Positions 16,803-26,900 of a DNA stretch of 64,000 bases are shown here, one piece after another (within the stretch, counting starts at the first letter, position 1; each line of letters opens with the position of its first letter). The position numbers were made by a program, and so were the translations under genes. The stretch lies in the IMG/VR virus record IMGVR_UViG_3300030516_000004; one strand, written 5' to 3'. This DNA comes from a virus. Under the pieces are notes generated by a model. It saw nothing but the letters and a program-made list of their open reading frames with translations, ran no database searches and was not told where the DNA came from.

Positions 16803-16886
16803 AACTTAATTCTATTTAGAGCAGTCGAAGGAGTGCTTTTTTATTGCCCGCAGTTTGTGACTGCAAAACCGCTCAGGGAGCAAAAC

Positions 16887-17612
16887 ATGAAATACAAACT
16901 CGATAGCCTAGAGGGCTTATCAGATGAAATGAAGGCACTTTACGAAGAAAAAGATGGTGCATTTTATTTAAAAGTTGAAGGTCTGCCGCAGCAAGATAAT
17001 TCAGAGCTTGATGGACTTAAACAGAAAGTTAATGAGCTTCTTGGTGAAAAGAAAACAGCTCAGCAAAAACAACGTGAAGCTGAAGAAGCAGCTCGAAAAG
17101 AAGCTGAAGAAGCGGCCCGTAAAAAAGGTGACGTTGCTGCAATTGAAGCATCATGGCAAGCCAAACTTGAACAAGCTGAAGCTAAACATGCAGAAGCAAC
17201 CAAAGCCTTGCAAGACCAAGTCTACAAATTAACTGTCGGGCAAACAGCACAATCATTAGCAAGTGAGCTTTCTATCAAAGGCTCGGAGGCAGTATTGCTT
17301 CCACATATTACAAACCGTCTTCAGGTTGAAACTGATGAAAACGGAGAGGTCAAAGTACGTGTACTAGATTCGCAGGGCAAACCTAGTGCTTTAAGTATTG
17401 ATGACCTCAAAAAAGAGTTCCGCGGCAATGTGGCATTCAAGCCATTAATTGTTGCTTCAAATGCGTCAGGAAGTGGGGCTTCTGGCGGTGGTTCAGGTGG
17501 TGGAGCTGCCAAGAAACCAAGTGAAATGACCACGCAAGAGCGATTGGAATTCCAAAAGAATGATCCTCAAGGGTTCCAAACAGCAATGGCGAATGGCGAA
17601 TTTAATAATTAA
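16887..17612 (+). CDS. Capsid scaffolding protein
   Basis: Charged coiled coil, Gly-rich linker near the C-terminus, precedes the major capsid gene; gggag RBS at ATG 16887. Confidence 0.85.
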   Translation: MKYKLDSLEGLSDEMKALYEEKDGAFYLKVEGLPQQDNSELDGLKQKVNELLGEKKTAQQKQREAEEAARKEAEEAARKKGDVAAIEASWQAKLEQAEAKHAEATKALQDQVYKLTVGQTAQSLASELSIKGSEAVLLPHITNRLQVETDENGEVKVRVLDSQGKPSALSIDDLKKEFRGNVAFKPLIVASNASGSGASGGGSGGGAAKKPSEMTTQERLEFQKNDPQGFQTAMANGEFNN

Positions 17613-17629
17613 TTATTGGGAGTAACTCC

Positions 17630-18646
17630 ATGCCTTCTTTAGTAGAAGTATTTAACCGTGACGTAGTTTTATCTTACCTACGTCCAAATCCTGTGGCAGT
17701 TTCGCCACTTGTGCAATCAGGAGCATTTGTTTCTGATGAATCTTTACGTCCATTGCTTACAAGTGGTTCTTCAACTTTTGTTGTTCCATACATTAACGGT
17801 GTAGATGGTAACGTTGAGCAGAATTATGGCAACACTATTCTGACTGATATTGCTATGCCGCGCTTTATTGATGCTGGCGAAATGCAGGGCCGTGTAGCTT
17901 TCATGAACGAGAGCTTTGTTGAGTCAGTTCTAGGACAGTACTTATCAAAAGTTAATTCACTAGAGCTGATTGGTGGAATGCTGAATAAGTATTGGCAGCA
18001 AGCTGCTGAAAACCGCGCTTTAGCAACAGTAATTGGCTTACGTAATTATGACCAAGCAAACAGCAAGCGATTAACTACTGATATCTCATTAGCAACAGCT
18101 ACAGATGCGTCACGTTGGTCAGTGGACGCATATATTGATGCTGAAAGCACAATGAACGCTGCATTACGTGGTCGTGGGGTGATGTTCGTTCACTCGCGAA
18201 TTGCTGCAAAAATGCGTAAGCAACAATTGCTTGAACAAGTGACCACAAGTGACAACTTGCCACCAATCACTGTTTACAACGGTCGAGCAGTCATTGAAAC
18301 AGATACCAATACACAAATTGGCACAGGCGCTAATGCTAAGTTTATTACCATTCTGGCTGGTCCACGTGCATTTGCTTACGACTCTGTGCCTGGTCGAAAA
18401 GACTTAGCTGTTGAAGAGACTCAAGCAACTGGTAATGGGGCAGGCCATGAAATCCTTTGGACGCGTCGCAATATGCTGATCCATCCACAAGGGTTTAGCT
18501 TCATTGCTCCGAAGGACACTTTAACTGGTGGTACTGCTCGTGAGTCATTAAGCGCATCTTGGGCTGACTTACAAAAAGCAGAAAACTGGAATCTTGTTTC
18601 ATCAGTTGAAGACACTTCAATCCGTTTCTTAATTACCAACCTTTAA
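17630..18646 (+). CDS. Major capsid protein
   Basis: 338 aa after the scaffold; HPQGFSF motif. Confidence 0.9.
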   Translation: MPSLVEVFNRDVVLSYLRPNPVAVSPLVQSGAFVSDESLRPLLTSGSSTFVVPYINGVDGNVEQNYGNTILTDIAMPRFIDAGEMQGRVAFMNESFVESVLGQYLSKVNSLELIGGMLNKYWQQAAENRALATVIGLRNYDQANSKRLTTDISLATATDASRWSVDAYIDAESTMNAALRGRGVMFVHSRIAAKMRKQQLLEQVTTSDNLPPITVYNGRAVIETDTNTQIGTGANAKFITILAGPRAFAYDSVPGRKDLAVEETQATGNGAGHEILWTRRNMLIHPQGFSFIAPKDTLTGGTARESLSASWADLQKAENWNLVSSVEDTSIRFLITNL

Positions 18647-18657
18647 GGAGAGCAGTC

Positions 18658-18843
18658 ATGGCTGAGAAGCAACCAGACTACAAATATCAATATCCAACTG
18701 ATCGCCGATATGCTGATGATGCAACTGACACATTAGCAGCAGGCACCATGTTTGACCCTGCCAAAACAGCGGGTGACTATGGCATTAAGGATTCTGAAGT
18801 AGCAGTTCCTGTGCCAGAAGCTCCTTTGAATGGTGGTGCATAA
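18658..18843 (+). CDS. Small virion-associated protein
   Basis: 61 aa, aaggag RBS directly after the capsid gene. Confidence 0.7.
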   Translation: MAEKQPDYKYQYPTDRRYADDATDTLAAGTMFDPAKTAGDYGIKDSEVAVPVPEAPLNGGA

Positions 18844-18846
18844 CTA

Positions 18847-18876
18847 AAGAAGGGCGGCTTTCGGGCCGTCCTTCTT
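18847..18876 (+). terminator. Long hairpin / terminator after the capsid genes
   Basis: AAGAAGGGCGGC-tttcgg-GCCGTCCTTCTT. Confidence 0.75.
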
Positions 18877-18899
18877 AATTAGATTTTTAGGATTAAGCT

Positions 18900-19286
18900 A
18901 TGAACTATGTAACAGTCGAAAGTGTGACTCAAAAGCTAGGGCCTGACTGGTGGGGAACTGGTGATCCGGTTAAAGCTGTAGTGCAGGCTAATGCGTGGCT
19001 TAATGCTAGAAATTTACCAGATTATCCAGAAGGCGAAGTGCCAGATTCAATTCTTACGGCTGGAGCTTATCTCGCAAAACTTGCCGCAGCAGGTCAGCTA
19101 TATACAACCAAAGAAGGTGTGGTTGCATCTAAGACCGTTTCCGCTCAATCAGGCACATCTGTAAGCAAGACTTATGTCGCAGGAAAAGAAGAGTCAGTCA
19201 GTGGTGATATGCAATTCATTCTTGATCTTCTTGAGCCATTCTTTAGCGAGAAGTACCACATCAACACTTATGTCATTACGGAGTAA
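18900..19286 (+). CDS. Head-tail adaptor protein
   Basis: 128 aa, position after the capsid genes. Confidence 0.75.
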   Translation: MNYVTVESVTQKLGPDWWGTGDPVKAVVQANAWLNARNLPDYPEGEVPDSILTAGAYLAKLAAAGQLYTTKEGVVASKTVSAQSGTSVSKTYVAGKEESVSGDMQFILDLLEPFFSEKYHINTYVITE

Positions 19287-19289
19287 GCC

Positions 19290-19682
19290 ATGGGAATGCG
19301 TGATGAGATTCAGCAAGAACTTGGCGATGCCTTTGATGCTGAGGATGAGCTTGCGGATGCTGTAGATTCCTTCACTTGTACTCGAAAGAAGCTAACGGGA
19401 TCTAATCCCGCTACTGGTGATGACACTTACACCGAATATGTCTATAGCGGCAGAGGCGTCTTATTTGGCTCATATTTAAAAGATTTAGTTAAGCCTATAG
19501 ATTACCGAGCAACAGACTCTAAAGCCGTGCTACTGCAAAATGAAGTGAAGGATTCAGCAGGTACTTTAGTTGAGCCAGATGTGAATGATATTTGGGTAAT
19601 TGAAGGTAGTATTTATCGAGTTATGAGTTGTGGTAATGACCCAGCAGATGCAACTTGGATTGCTCAGTTGAGGAAAGTATAA
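19290..19682 (+). CDS. Head closure / stopper protein
   Basis: 130 aa; YRV...DPADATWIAQLR C-terminus. Confidence 0.75.
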   Translation: MGMRDEIQQELGDAFDAEDELADAVDSFTCTRKKLTGSNPATGDDTYTEYVYSGRGVLFGSYLKDLVKPIDYRATDSKAVLLQNEVKDSAGTLVEPDVNDIWVIEGSIYRVMSCGNDPADATWIAQLRKV

Positions 19683-19686
19683 AGCT

Positions 19687-19714
19687 TTGCTTTCTAGATA
19701 ATATTTGATATAAG
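19687..19714 (+). promoter_or_regulatory. Moron promoter (TTGCTT-16-TATAAG, extended -10)
   Basis: TG at 19706-19707 before TATAAG at 19709-19714. Confidence 0.55.
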
Positions 19715-19737
19715 CCTCTTAATCAAACGGGGGACTT

Positions 19738-20406
19738 ATGAAAAGTAAAACATTAGAACAGAAGGTAAAATATTTAAAACTTAGTGCAATTTTTGGTTTC
19801 TTTGTTTACTTATTTGTTGGAGCGTTAATTAAAAGTGCACTCTTCTCCTCAGCGCCTCAAGTTTCGGATTTTTATGAGCTACTTCGAGATGGCTTAACAA
19901 TTACTGCATACTACTTAGCACCCGCCGCAGCACTATTATTGTTTAGTGATTGGCGTTTAGAGCACTTGGAAAAGAGTAGAGAAGAGCAAGGTAAGCTAAT
20001 AAACGATCTAATTAAAAAAATTGATTCAGATTTGAGTGAGATAGAAGATGAAATTAAATATCAGGAAACCATAAGTAGTGATCAAAAAGCTCATATAGAT
20101 GATCTTTTTAAAGAACTTATGGCAAATTTAAGTAAACTTCAGAATGCACTTAATGAGTTTGATTTCGATGATATAAAAGCAACAAAATTTCAAGAAAAAG
20201 TTAAAGATATCCGGTTTTACCTTTTAGAAAACATGTTTCTTCTTGAAAGAATGTTTAGTGGTTTAATAAAAAAATCTGATCCTATTAAATATATAGGTGC
20301 TTATAAAGGCGATGACATTACTACCTTTAAAAATGCTCAAGCAGACTTATTCCAAGAGTTTGAAGGTAATTATTTAGAAAATTTTGGAAAAAACATAAGT
20401 TATTAG
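19738..20406 (+). CDS. AT-rich moron: two N-terminal TM helices plus coiled coil
   Basis: Inserted between head-closure and tail genes with own promoter. Confidence 0.8.
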   Translation: MKSKTLEQKVKYLKLSAIFGFFVYLFVGALIKSALFSSAPQVSDFYELLRDGLTITAYYLAPAAALLLFSDWRLEHLEKSREEQGKLINDLIKKIDSDLSEIEDEIKYQETISSDQKAHIDDLFKELMANLSKLQNALNEFDFDDIKATKFQEKVKDIRFYLLENMFLLERMFSGLIKKSDPIKYIGAYKGDDITTFKNAQADLFQEFEGNYLENFGKNISY

Positions 20407-20484
20407 ATGAACTGAAGCCACTTTATAAGGATTTAAAGGTAAAAGCTGCAAGCCCTAATTAAGGGATTTTTTTATAGGTGAATT

Positions 20485-20907
20485 ATGGGATGGCAAACAA
20501 AACCAAGCGGATTTATCAAGACCGTTGAAGCAGACCTTACAAAAAAACAGAAAGATATTGTGATTGATGCTTTGCAAGGTGTAGTTCTTCAGAGCCCAGT
20601 TGATACCGGGGCTTTTAGAGCATCCCACAGAGTCAGCATCAACCAGACTGACCAATCATTTAATGAAGCCGAAAAAGACAAAGGCGGTGGGTCAACAATA
20701 AGCAAGGGTACAAGCGCTCTATCTCGTTTAGTTCCTTACTCAACTGTATACATCCAAACAAATGCGCCTTATGCAACCAAAATTGAATATGGTGACTTCA
20801 CTGACAAGCCAGAAACCCCAAAGACAACAGGCGGCTATTCAAGACAGGCGCCTCAAGGTGTCTACGGTTTAACCTTTAACTATATTGCTCAAAAATACGG
20901 TGGTTAA
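20485..20907 (+). CDS. HK97 gp10-like tail/neck component
   Basis: SPVDTGAFRAS..YATKIEYG..SRQAPQG motif. Confidence 0.9.
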   Translation: MGWQTKPSGFIKTVEADLTKKQKDIVIDALQGVVLQSPVDTGAFRASHRVSINQTDQSFNEAEKDKGGGSTISKGTSALSRLVPYSTVYIQTNAPYATKIEYGDFTDKPETPKTTGGYSRQAPQGVYGLTFNYIAQKYGG

Positions 20908-20909
20908 AA

Positions 20910-21305
20910 ATGGCAATGACTTTAGATCAAGCACGACAAGCCATTATCACTAGAGCCATGGCCTTTACTGGAATCGAACAGAACCGGATTAAATACCCCA
21001 ACAAAGATTTTACAGTTCCTACCGATGGTCTTTGGTGTGACATCAATGTGTTATGGGGTGGTTCGATCATTGCTGCAATTGGTGATGCACCTTGTACAAG
21101 GCGGACAGGGATAATCTCGATCAACTGCATGGCACGCTTAAATACTCATGAAGTAGCAATTACAAAACTTGCAGATGCTTGGCTAGCCCATTTTGAGTAC
21201 TTTAAGAGCGGTCAGTTAGAAGTCCTGCAAGGTCAAGCGCAGAACCTCGGCAGTAATGGGGATTTTATTCAATATAATATTACGATCGGATACAGAGTGA
21301 ATTGA
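20910..21305 (+). CDS. Tail terminator protein (DUF4128-like)
   Basis: Size and position before the tail tube gene. Confidence 0.75.
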   Translation: MAMTLDQARQAIITRAMAFTGIEQNRIKYPNKDFTVPTDGLWCDINVLWGGSIIAAIGDAPCTRRTGIISINCMARLNTHEVAITKLADAWLAHFEYFKSGQLEVLQGQAQNLGSNGDFIQYNITIGYRVN

Positions 21306-21306
21306 T

Positions 21307-21525
21307 ATGTCTTGCATGCTTACATTGGAAGAAATTGAAATTAAACGCCAAGAGCTTGAGCGTCACTTACACGACATGATGGGTGCTGAGCTTCAAAAAT
21401 GGCAAAGAGAAAATAAAGTTTGCGTATCTGATGTGAATATCCGCCTTGCAAGCATTCACAGTTTAGGCGGACCAAAGCAAAACATTGTCACCGGTGTTTC
21501 AGTAGATCTAAATTACAAGCCTTAA
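21307..21525 (+). CDS. Hypothetical protein
   Basis: 72-aa ORF in the tail operon. Confidence 0.7.
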   Translation: MSCMLTLEEIEIKRQELERHLHDMMGAELQKWQRENKVCVSDVNIRLASIHSLGGPKQNIVTGVSVDLNYKP

Positions 21526-21581
21526 TCACCTACTCACTATCTAGGGTGGCATTTGAAATGTGACCCTTAATCAAAACTATC

Positions 21582-21603
21582 GCCCTCAATTCGAGGGCTT
21601 TTT
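21582..21603 (+). terminator. Intrinsic terminator
   Basis: GCCCTC-aattc-GAGGGC-T5. Confidence 0.75.
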
Positions 21604-21629
21604 AATGCCCGAAAATTAAGGAGAAAACC

Positions 21630-22571
21630 ATGTCGAGTGGTGCAAAGATCCGTCTTTACTATGCTGAAGAGCAAACCCCTGAAGTATTACCAACCACACC
21701 AGTTTGGAAGACAGTCCGTCGTGTGACTGATGGTTTGACTGAAAACGTGACTACTGAAACATCAAATAGTGTTGCAGATACCCGCTTTCGACAAGGAAGT
21801 ACAGCTACTGAAGCAGAAATCACTGGCTCACTAGAAGTAGAGCTATCAATTGGTTTATTTGACGACTTTTGGTCAGCAGTTGCGCTAAATAACTGGGCCA
21901 ACGATGTACTAAACTTTGGTGGTGATGTACGTAAAACATTTACTTTCGTTAAAGTTTACTCAGATATTAATCAGGTATTTATTTATCGTGGTGTTCGAGT
22001 AAATGAAGCCTCAATGTCTATTGCGACTACAGGTAAAATTACAGCAACATTTGGGTTAGTAGGTACGCTATTTGAGCGAACTACCACTAGCCCTGTTGTA
22101 TCACCATTGCCAGTGCCAGAAGCAGTACTCGTTTCAGCATTGAATGTTGGAGATCTTAAAGTTAATGGGGAAACGGTAGTTGGTACTGCTTGTATGCAAA
22201 CGCTTGAGCTGACAATTAACAACAACATGGAAGCAATCCGTTGTATTGGATCTAAGAAGCTTACGGCAACAACTTATCTTGAAAAAATCGTCGATATTGC
22301 TGTAAACACCCAATACATGTTCTCAGCACAATCAGCAGGGTACATTGATTACATTAAAACCCGCGACACCATGCCTCTTGAATTCTCTATTGAAGATAGT
22401 AAAGGCAATGGCTACGCCTTTGAGTTCCCTAAACTTGAAGTTGCTGAAGCACCGCATCCAGATGGTGGCGGGGAAGACACAATCACAGTCGACATTAACT
22501 ACAACCACATTCGCGTTACACCAGTTATTACTCGTGTTATTGCACCTGTAACACCACCAGTTACACCTTAA
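21630..22571 (+). CDS. Major tail tube protein
   Basis: 313 aa, aaggag RBS, position, tube-like motifs. Confidence 0.9.
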   Translation: MSSGAKIRLYYAEEQTPEVLPTTPVWKTVRRVTDGLTENVTTETSNSVADTRFRQGSTATEAEITGSLEVELSIGLFDDFWSAVALNNWANDVLNFGGDVRKTFTFVKVYSDINQVFIYRGVRVNEASMSIATTGKITATFGLVGTLFERTTTSPVVSPLPVPEAVLVSALNVGDLKVNGETVVGTACMQTLELTINNNMEAIRCIGSKKLTATTYLEKIVDIAVNTQYMFSAQSAGYIDYIKTRDTMPLEFSIEDSKGNGYAFEFPKLEVAEAPHPDGGGEDTITVDINYNHIRVTPVITRVIAPVTPPVTP

Positions 22572-22618
22572 TACTGATTTGGCAGCTTAATTGCTGCCTT
22601 CTTTTTTGGAGATACAAC

Positions 22619-23143
22619 ATGGCTCTTGAAGTCAATATTCAAAGAAATAAAGACGTCAGTTTGTGGCGCGAATATAAAGACAAAGAAGGTAATGTGCTTG
22701 CAGAGTTCAAGATCCGTGGCATTGGATATAAACCTTATCAAGTGGCACTTGAACGAGCAAACAATCAAATTTCTTCTAAAGGTTTTGATGTAGCAAAGGC
22801 TACAGCAGAAGATAAGCTCTTTCATGAATTAGTATTGGAAGCAGTGGCTTCACATCTAATAGAAGACTGGAAAGGGGTGGTTTTTGTTGAGGAAGGTCCT
22901 GAAGGTGAGTTGTTAAGAACAGAACCAACGTTCAATGGAGAAAATGCATTTAAGTTGCTAAACATGGGCGATTTGGGTGTTTCTATCTGGTCATTTATCC
23001 GTACTGAATCTGAAAAGATCCAAGCTGAAGCAAATCAGTATCGAGATGATGTTGTGGGAAAGTCACAACCCTCTACAACTACGCGAACAAGTACGCGGGG
23101 CTCACGGACCACGAAAAAAAGCAAAGAGAAGCACTCGGCGTAA
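22619..23143 (+). CDS. Tail assembly chaperone (gpG-like)
   Basis: Between tube and tape measure; contains G GGA AAG at 23056-23062. Confidence 0.85.
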   Translation: MALEVNIQRNKDVSLWREYKDKEGNVLAEFKIRGIGYKPYQVALERANNQISSKGFDVAKATAEDKLFHELVLEAVASHLIEDWKGVVFVEEGPEGELLRTEPTFNGENAFKLLNMGDLGVSIWSFIRTESEKIQAEANQYRDDVVGKSQPSTTTRTSTRGSRTTKKSKEKHSA

Positions 23144-23382
23144 AGCTTCCTGATGCGCCTGACTATTCTTATGTAGCTAATGCGATTCTTTGTGCATATA
23201 ACACGATTGCACGATCTAGACGCTATGAACAAGGTGTTCCTCTAGCATTAGATATCTCGGCAATTAATGCTTATGTAGAGCAATACGACTTACCAGTTGA
23301 ACGATACATTTTTAATGACTGTATCTTCACACTCGACGATATGTTCTTGGATGAGGCACATAAGAAAGCGAGTAAAAAATAA
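23056..23382 (+). CDS. -1 frameshift extension (gpT-like part of the gpGT chaperone)
   Basis: Open -1 frame of 108 codons from the slippery site GGGAAAG to TAA 23382. Confidence 0.85.
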   Translation, partial: GKVTTLYNYANKYAGLTDHEKKQREALGVKLPDAPDYSYVANAILCAYNTIARSRRYEQGVPLALDISAINAYVEQYDLPVERYIFNDCIFTLDDMFLDEAHKKASKK

Positions 23383-23407
23383 CAGCCACTAGTTAAGGTG
23401 GTTTTTA

Positions 23408-23436
23408 TTGCGCCCTTCTTAACCAGTTGTTAAATT
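23408..23436 (+). promoter_or_regulatory. Moron promoter (TTGCGC-17-TAAATT, extended -10)
   Basis: Between the terminator at 23385-23406 and the lipoprotein gene. Confidence 0.6.
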
Positions 23437-23459
23437 ACCCTTAAACATAGGGGTATTTC

Positions 23460-23858
23460 ATGAAGAAGATTATTTTAATAATGTTGACCATAGTTGTAAC
23501 GGGCTGTGCAGCAACTGCTGATATGACAAACAATCAGTATATGGTAATAACCCCAACACCAACAGAGTTGAGCGGGTTTTGGACTGGTGTAAACGGTCCT
23601 TACACAGTTACATATGCTTTTAAAAAAGATGGTACTGGATTGATGTGTTCAAGCTGGGGAGGTAATGACTCTCTTGAAAAGCTAAAAATTAATGGCTCAG
23701 AAGTTATTCTTCAATCTGGTTTGAAACAAACAATCAAATCGAAGACTAATTCAAAGCTTGAGTTAAGAGCTAATTATTATGGTGGAGCAACCTATTCTTA
23801 TATTCCAGACCCATCTTTAAGTAATGCATCGCCATACTGCGAAAAAATCTTAAGATAA
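23460..23858 (+). CDS. Lipoprotein moron, candidate superinfection-exclusion factor
   Basis: Signal peptide with lipobox VTGC; own promoter and terminator. Confidence 0.8.
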   Translation: MKKIILIMLTIVVTGCAATADMTNNQYMVITPTPTELSGFWTGVNGPYTVTYAFKKDGTGLMCSSWGGNDSLEKLKINGSEVILQSGLKQTIKSKTNSKLELRANYYGGATYSYIPDPSLSNASPYCEKILR

Positions 23859-23872
23859 AACCAAATTAACTG

Positions 23873-23895
23873 AAACCCGCGAAAGCGGGTTTTTT
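23873..23895 (+). terminator. Intrinsic terminator
   Basis: AAACCCGC-GAAA-GCGGGTTT followed by T run. Confidence 0.85.
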
Positions 23896-23915
23896 ATTGC
23901 CTAGAGGAAAGTAAG

Positions 23916-26900
23916 ATGGCACAAGAATCACGTCTCGTCATTGTAATTGATGCCAAAAATGCAGAACGTAATGCGCGTAATCTAGGCAATGAATTGGATA
24001 GCATTGAGCGTAAAGGTGACTTTGCCACTAAATCAATGGATGGGTTATCAGTAGCGACACGTCAACTCGCTGGATATATGGCTGGATTGGTTACTGTAAG
24101 TGCTGCCATCTCTAAAATGGACACTTACACAGGTCTTCAAAACCGTCTTAAATTAGTAACTAACAGCCAGATTGATTTAAATAAAGCCACCGAAGATACT
24201 TTTCGAATCGCACAAAACACACGCTCCGCGTGGGATAGTGTTATTCAGGTCTACCAAAGATTCCAGGATAATTCTAAAGCACTTCACATCAGCATGGCAA
24301 AAACGGCTGAACTTACTGACACTGTATCTAAGGCAGTTGCCATTAGTGGAGCTAGTGCTGCTTCAGCAGATGCTGCGCTTGTTCAGTTTGGGCAAGCCTT
24401 GGCTTCTGGTGTTTTTAGAGGTGAAGAATTTAACTCAGTTGCTGAGCAAGCGCCCGGGCTCTTAAAGGCTATTGCTAATGGTCTAGGGGTGAACATTGGC
24501 GAACTTAGATCAATGGCTCAAGAAGGGAAAATCACAAGTGATGTTTTGGTGAAAGCCCTAACAAATGCCAAGGCTTCAGTAGACGAATTATTCTCCAAGA
24601 CCGACATTACAATTGGTCAGTCACTAACCGTATTAAACAACGAAATTACTAAATTTGTTGGCGAGGCTGGCAAAGGTACTGGCGCTGCACAGGTTTTGAC
24701 CGGTTCAATTCAAACTTTGGCAGGCAACTTAGATGTTTTAACATCCGCAATGATGGTTGGGGGCGCATATTGGCTTGGAACTTATATTCCTGCAATTTAT
24801 GCCTCAGGTGTCGCTGTAGCAGCAAAAACCAAAGAATTAGCAGCACAAACATTTGCACAATACACTGCCATTCAAGCAGATCGAGCTGCTGCTGCTCAAC
24901 AAGTAATTAGTACCCAAGCCGTAGTTACTAACACCCAAGCAACATTAGCTGCTATTGCTGCTGAGAAAGCCTTAGAAGTGCAGCGCCTAAAATCACAAAT
25001 CACGGAAAAGGGCAGAACAGCTACCATAACTCGAATGGCTGAACTTAAGAAGATTGAAGCCCAAGTCACAAGAGAATTGGCAGTAGCTGAAGAGGCTCTA
25101 GCAGTCGCTCAGTCAAGATCGGCTGCAGCGGGCGCTGCAACTGTCGGAATTGGCTCACGACTTTTAGGCTTGCTTGGTGGTCCGGTTGGCATTGGAATTA
25201 CAGTAGCAAGTTTGGCTGCTGGCTATCTTTTAATGCGCGACAATACTAATGAGGCCAATAAGAAACTAGAAGAGCAAGCAGCAGTTGCTAAAAAGGCAAA
25301 AGAAGAACTTCTTGCACTTAAAGGCCTTGAAAAAGATTCAGCTATTAATGACATGACAGCTTCATTTGAGCGTCAGAATCAGGCACTTGCTGAGTCTAGT
25401 AGTAAAATAAATATTCAATTGAATGCTATTGCTCAACTCTACAAAGGCAATAAAGAGATCGTTCAAGTAGTTAATGATGCTAGAGATGGCACTATGAGCA
25501 TGAACGATGCTGTTAAGCGTTTTAATGAGCTGCGTATTAGCAAGGATATTTATAACGCCCTAAAAGAGAACTCTTCAGAGTTTGAAAAGAATGCTAAAGA
25601 AGCCAAAAACACTAAAGAATCGTTGAAACTTTTCGGCATCGAAGTTGAGCTTTCAGGCCGTAAAGCTCAAACGGCAGTGGCTGGCATTGACGAGAATTCT
25701 AAGGCGCTAATCGGAAACGAAAGTGCAGCACAAAAGGCAACTAAAGCGCAAAAAGGATACTTTGAAAGCCTCCAAACTGAGGTTCTTAACTCTAATGAAG
25801 AACTTGCACTTTTAAATCTTGGATATAGTGAAGAAACTATTAAAAAGATTATTGAATTGCAGAAAGCAAAACAGGCTGTCGCTGCACCGGGGACAACTGC
25901 GATTGTCACGAATGAGGAAATAGAACAGATTGTCCGTGCCCAAAAAGCTCTCGATAATCTTAAAGACAAGAAAGATGCTATTACTGCTGCTGAACGCAAA
26001 CATACCAGTGAGCTTGAAAAGCAGCAGAAGGTTCTTTCTGTTAATTCTAAGATTCAAGCAAATGCTGCTAAATATGGATTTGCAGGGATTGAAGCAAAGT
26101 ACAACCTTCCAGCAGGCACATTGTCCGCAATTCATGCAATTGAAACTGGAAATACCGGACGAACTGATCAAGTAAATAAAAGTACTGGGGCAACTGGTGG
26201 CTTTCAATTCCTTGAGGGTACTGCTAAGCAATATGGGGTAAAAAACCGTAAGGATTTAGCACAATCTGCCGAAGGTGCTGGTAAGTACATGTCATATCTC
26301 TTAAAGCTCTTTAAAGGAGATTTAGAGAAGGCTGTACGCGCCTATCATGCTGGTGAAGGTAATGTACAAAAGGGTAAAGGTATTGGTAAATACAACAACC
26401 AATACTGGAAAGACTTTCAGGGGTATGTCGCTGGTGCAAATGGCTATGCGGCGGGGGATATTTCTTCAAAAGACTTTGATAAGTTAATTCAAGACACTAC
26501 CAAGATGGCTCAGGACCAAGCGAAGTTGCGCCTTCAATTGGAAAACGATGTAGCCAATGAAGTTACCAAGATCAGAAATGATCTTGCTAAGAAGTTGGAA
26601 GATGTTGATAAAGCCAACTTCACACCAGAACGTAAAGCTGAAATTAAAGCAGAACTTCAATCACGAGCTGATAATGATGTTGCCATAGCTCAACAAGCCC
26701 TTAGAACTAAGCTTGATGACTATAAACAGTTCAATATGACTGAAGAGCAATTACTTAAGGAGAGTTTTGACCGCAAGAAGTTTAATGCGGCTCATGATAT
26801 TGAATTAAGTAAAGACCAGCGTGATGAGGCTATTAAATATCTTGATCAGCAATATCAACATGAGTTGGAATTAATCAATCTCACAAAGGCTGCACGCCAG

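Noticed and set aside
25667-26231. Antisense and alternate-frame ORFs within the tape measure gene (similar ones occur in terL, capsid, tube and J)
   Set aside because: Shadow ORFs of long coding genes, with no RBS or recognisable motifs.
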